Shown here: one piece after another, positions 63,547 to 64,000 of the stretch
How positions within the stretch are numbered: position 1 is the stretch's first letter
How the letters are laid out: the number at the start of each line of letters is the position of its first letter
NCBI GenBank assembly: GCA_003485325.1
Contig: DMZI01000065.1
Span: 506 to 64,505, forward strand
Reading direction: 5' to 3'
DNA length: 64,000 bases
Source of the DNA: Desulfotomaculum sp.
Lineage (GTDB): Bacteria; Bacillota; Desulfotomaculia; Desulfotomaculales; Nap2-2B
Notes under the pieces: generated by a model
Told to the model about the DNA's origin: nothing
Database searches by the model: none
What the model saw: the letters and a program-made list of their open reading frames with translations, nothing else
Translations under genes and position numbers: made by a program

Positions 63547-64000
63547 TTAGAATTTAAGATCCCTTTGTCCTCCCTCCATTTGCGCCAGCAGAGTTTCCAA
63601 CCTGTGTACTCTTTTAGGCATTTTGCTCCGGAACCAGTCGATGTGGCTTTGGATAATCATTTCACCGGTAAGGCGTGTTTCCGGTGAGGCATGATCCAGC
63701 AAATACTCCTTAAAAGTCAGTACAGCGTTTGGAAGACAGAAGTTTTTAACGAGCCCTTTTTTGGCGTAGCTCATGAAGTTGCAGCCAGTTCTTTCCGCCC
63801 TGTAGCAGGAAGTGCAGAAGGAAGGTATATAACCGTCTTGGCAAAGCTCCAGGATAAAGCTGTCCAGTTGGCGTGTGTCGCCGAGCTGGAACTGCTGCCG
63901 GTTCATAATGTGTTCCCGCTCCATCTCCGCATAACCACCGACTGCGATGCGGGAGCCGGCATCTGTCTGAGAGACGCCGAGCTTAATTGCCTCCCGCCTC
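63547..64000 (-). CDS. hydG: [FeFe]-hydrogenase maturase HydG, C-terminal part (the gene continues beyond the right edge)
   Basis: The frame stays open to the window edge (…RREAIKLGVSQTDAGSRIAVGGYAEMEREH…). The C-terminal CTSCYRAERTG…FCLPNA is the HydG auxiliary-cluster region of the ThiH/HydG family. It is adjacent to hydF and hydE. Confidence 0.8.
   Translation of the reverse strand, partial: RREAIKLGVSQTDAGSRIAVGGYAEMEREHIMNRQQFQLGDTRQLDSFILELCQDGYIPSFCTSCYRAERTGCNFMSYAKKGLVKNFCLPNAVLTFKEYLLDHASPETRLTGEMIIQSHIDWFRSKMPKRVHRLETLLAQMEGGQRDLKF

Overview
This 64 kb window looks like it comes from a low-to-mid GC, Gram-positive-type anaerobe. The Clostridia/Peptococcaceae-like placement is inferred from gene content only.

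**Motility region (about 1-45.3 kb).** Two arms diverge from a 733-bp AT-rich control region (19737-20469).
- The leftward arm reads motB-motA, flgM-flgN-flgK-flgL, flagellin, flaG-fliD-fliS and two small unknown genes. It continues with a Maf-type flagellin glycosyltransferase and a seven-gene legionaminic-acid-type nonulosonate pathway (legB-legC-legH-legG-legI-ptmE-legF).
- Past the pathway lie a plus-strand ORF/CBS-GGDEF pair and a decayed second copy of the cytidylyltransferase.
- The rightward arm reads flgB-flgC-fliE-fliF-fliG-fliH-fliI-fliJ-fliK-flgD-(operon protein)-flgE-fliL-fliN-fliO-fliP-fliQ-fliR-flhB-flhA-flhF-flhG-pilZ-fliA-(membrane protein)-flgG-cheC-cheY-fliM-fliY-cheD.

**Right third (45.4-64 kb).** This part is metabolic and accessory:
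- an MFS transporter, a mini beta-carbonic-anhydrase-like protein and acetyl-CoA synthetase
- a frameshifted hotdog thioesterase
- a fused membrane HdrD/DsrMK-like Fe-S oxidoreductase
- a lipid-flavoured block (plsC, patatin, phasin-like, truncated ubiB) with a GC-rich radical SAM enzyme
- an NMT1-type ABC transporter
- hydG(partial)-hydF-hydE [FeFe]-hydrogenase maturases

**Most notable non-obvious signals:**
- Two non-overlapping remnants of class-C group II intron(s) sit in opposite orientation at 52280-52440 and about 58224-58520. They bracket a decayed or rearranged block containing truncated ubiB, truncated usp and a glycosyltransferase tail.
- A pseudogenised legF paralog lies at about 150-470.
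- The stator genes are in the order motB-motA, the reverse of the usual motA-motB.
- A stand-alone fliN sits at the usual switch-gene position, while fliM-fliY is displaced downstream.
- fliK contains an 80-aa tandem repeat.

No rRNA, tRNA or CRISPR array was seen. All family assignments rest on motif recognition by eye, since no searches could be run.
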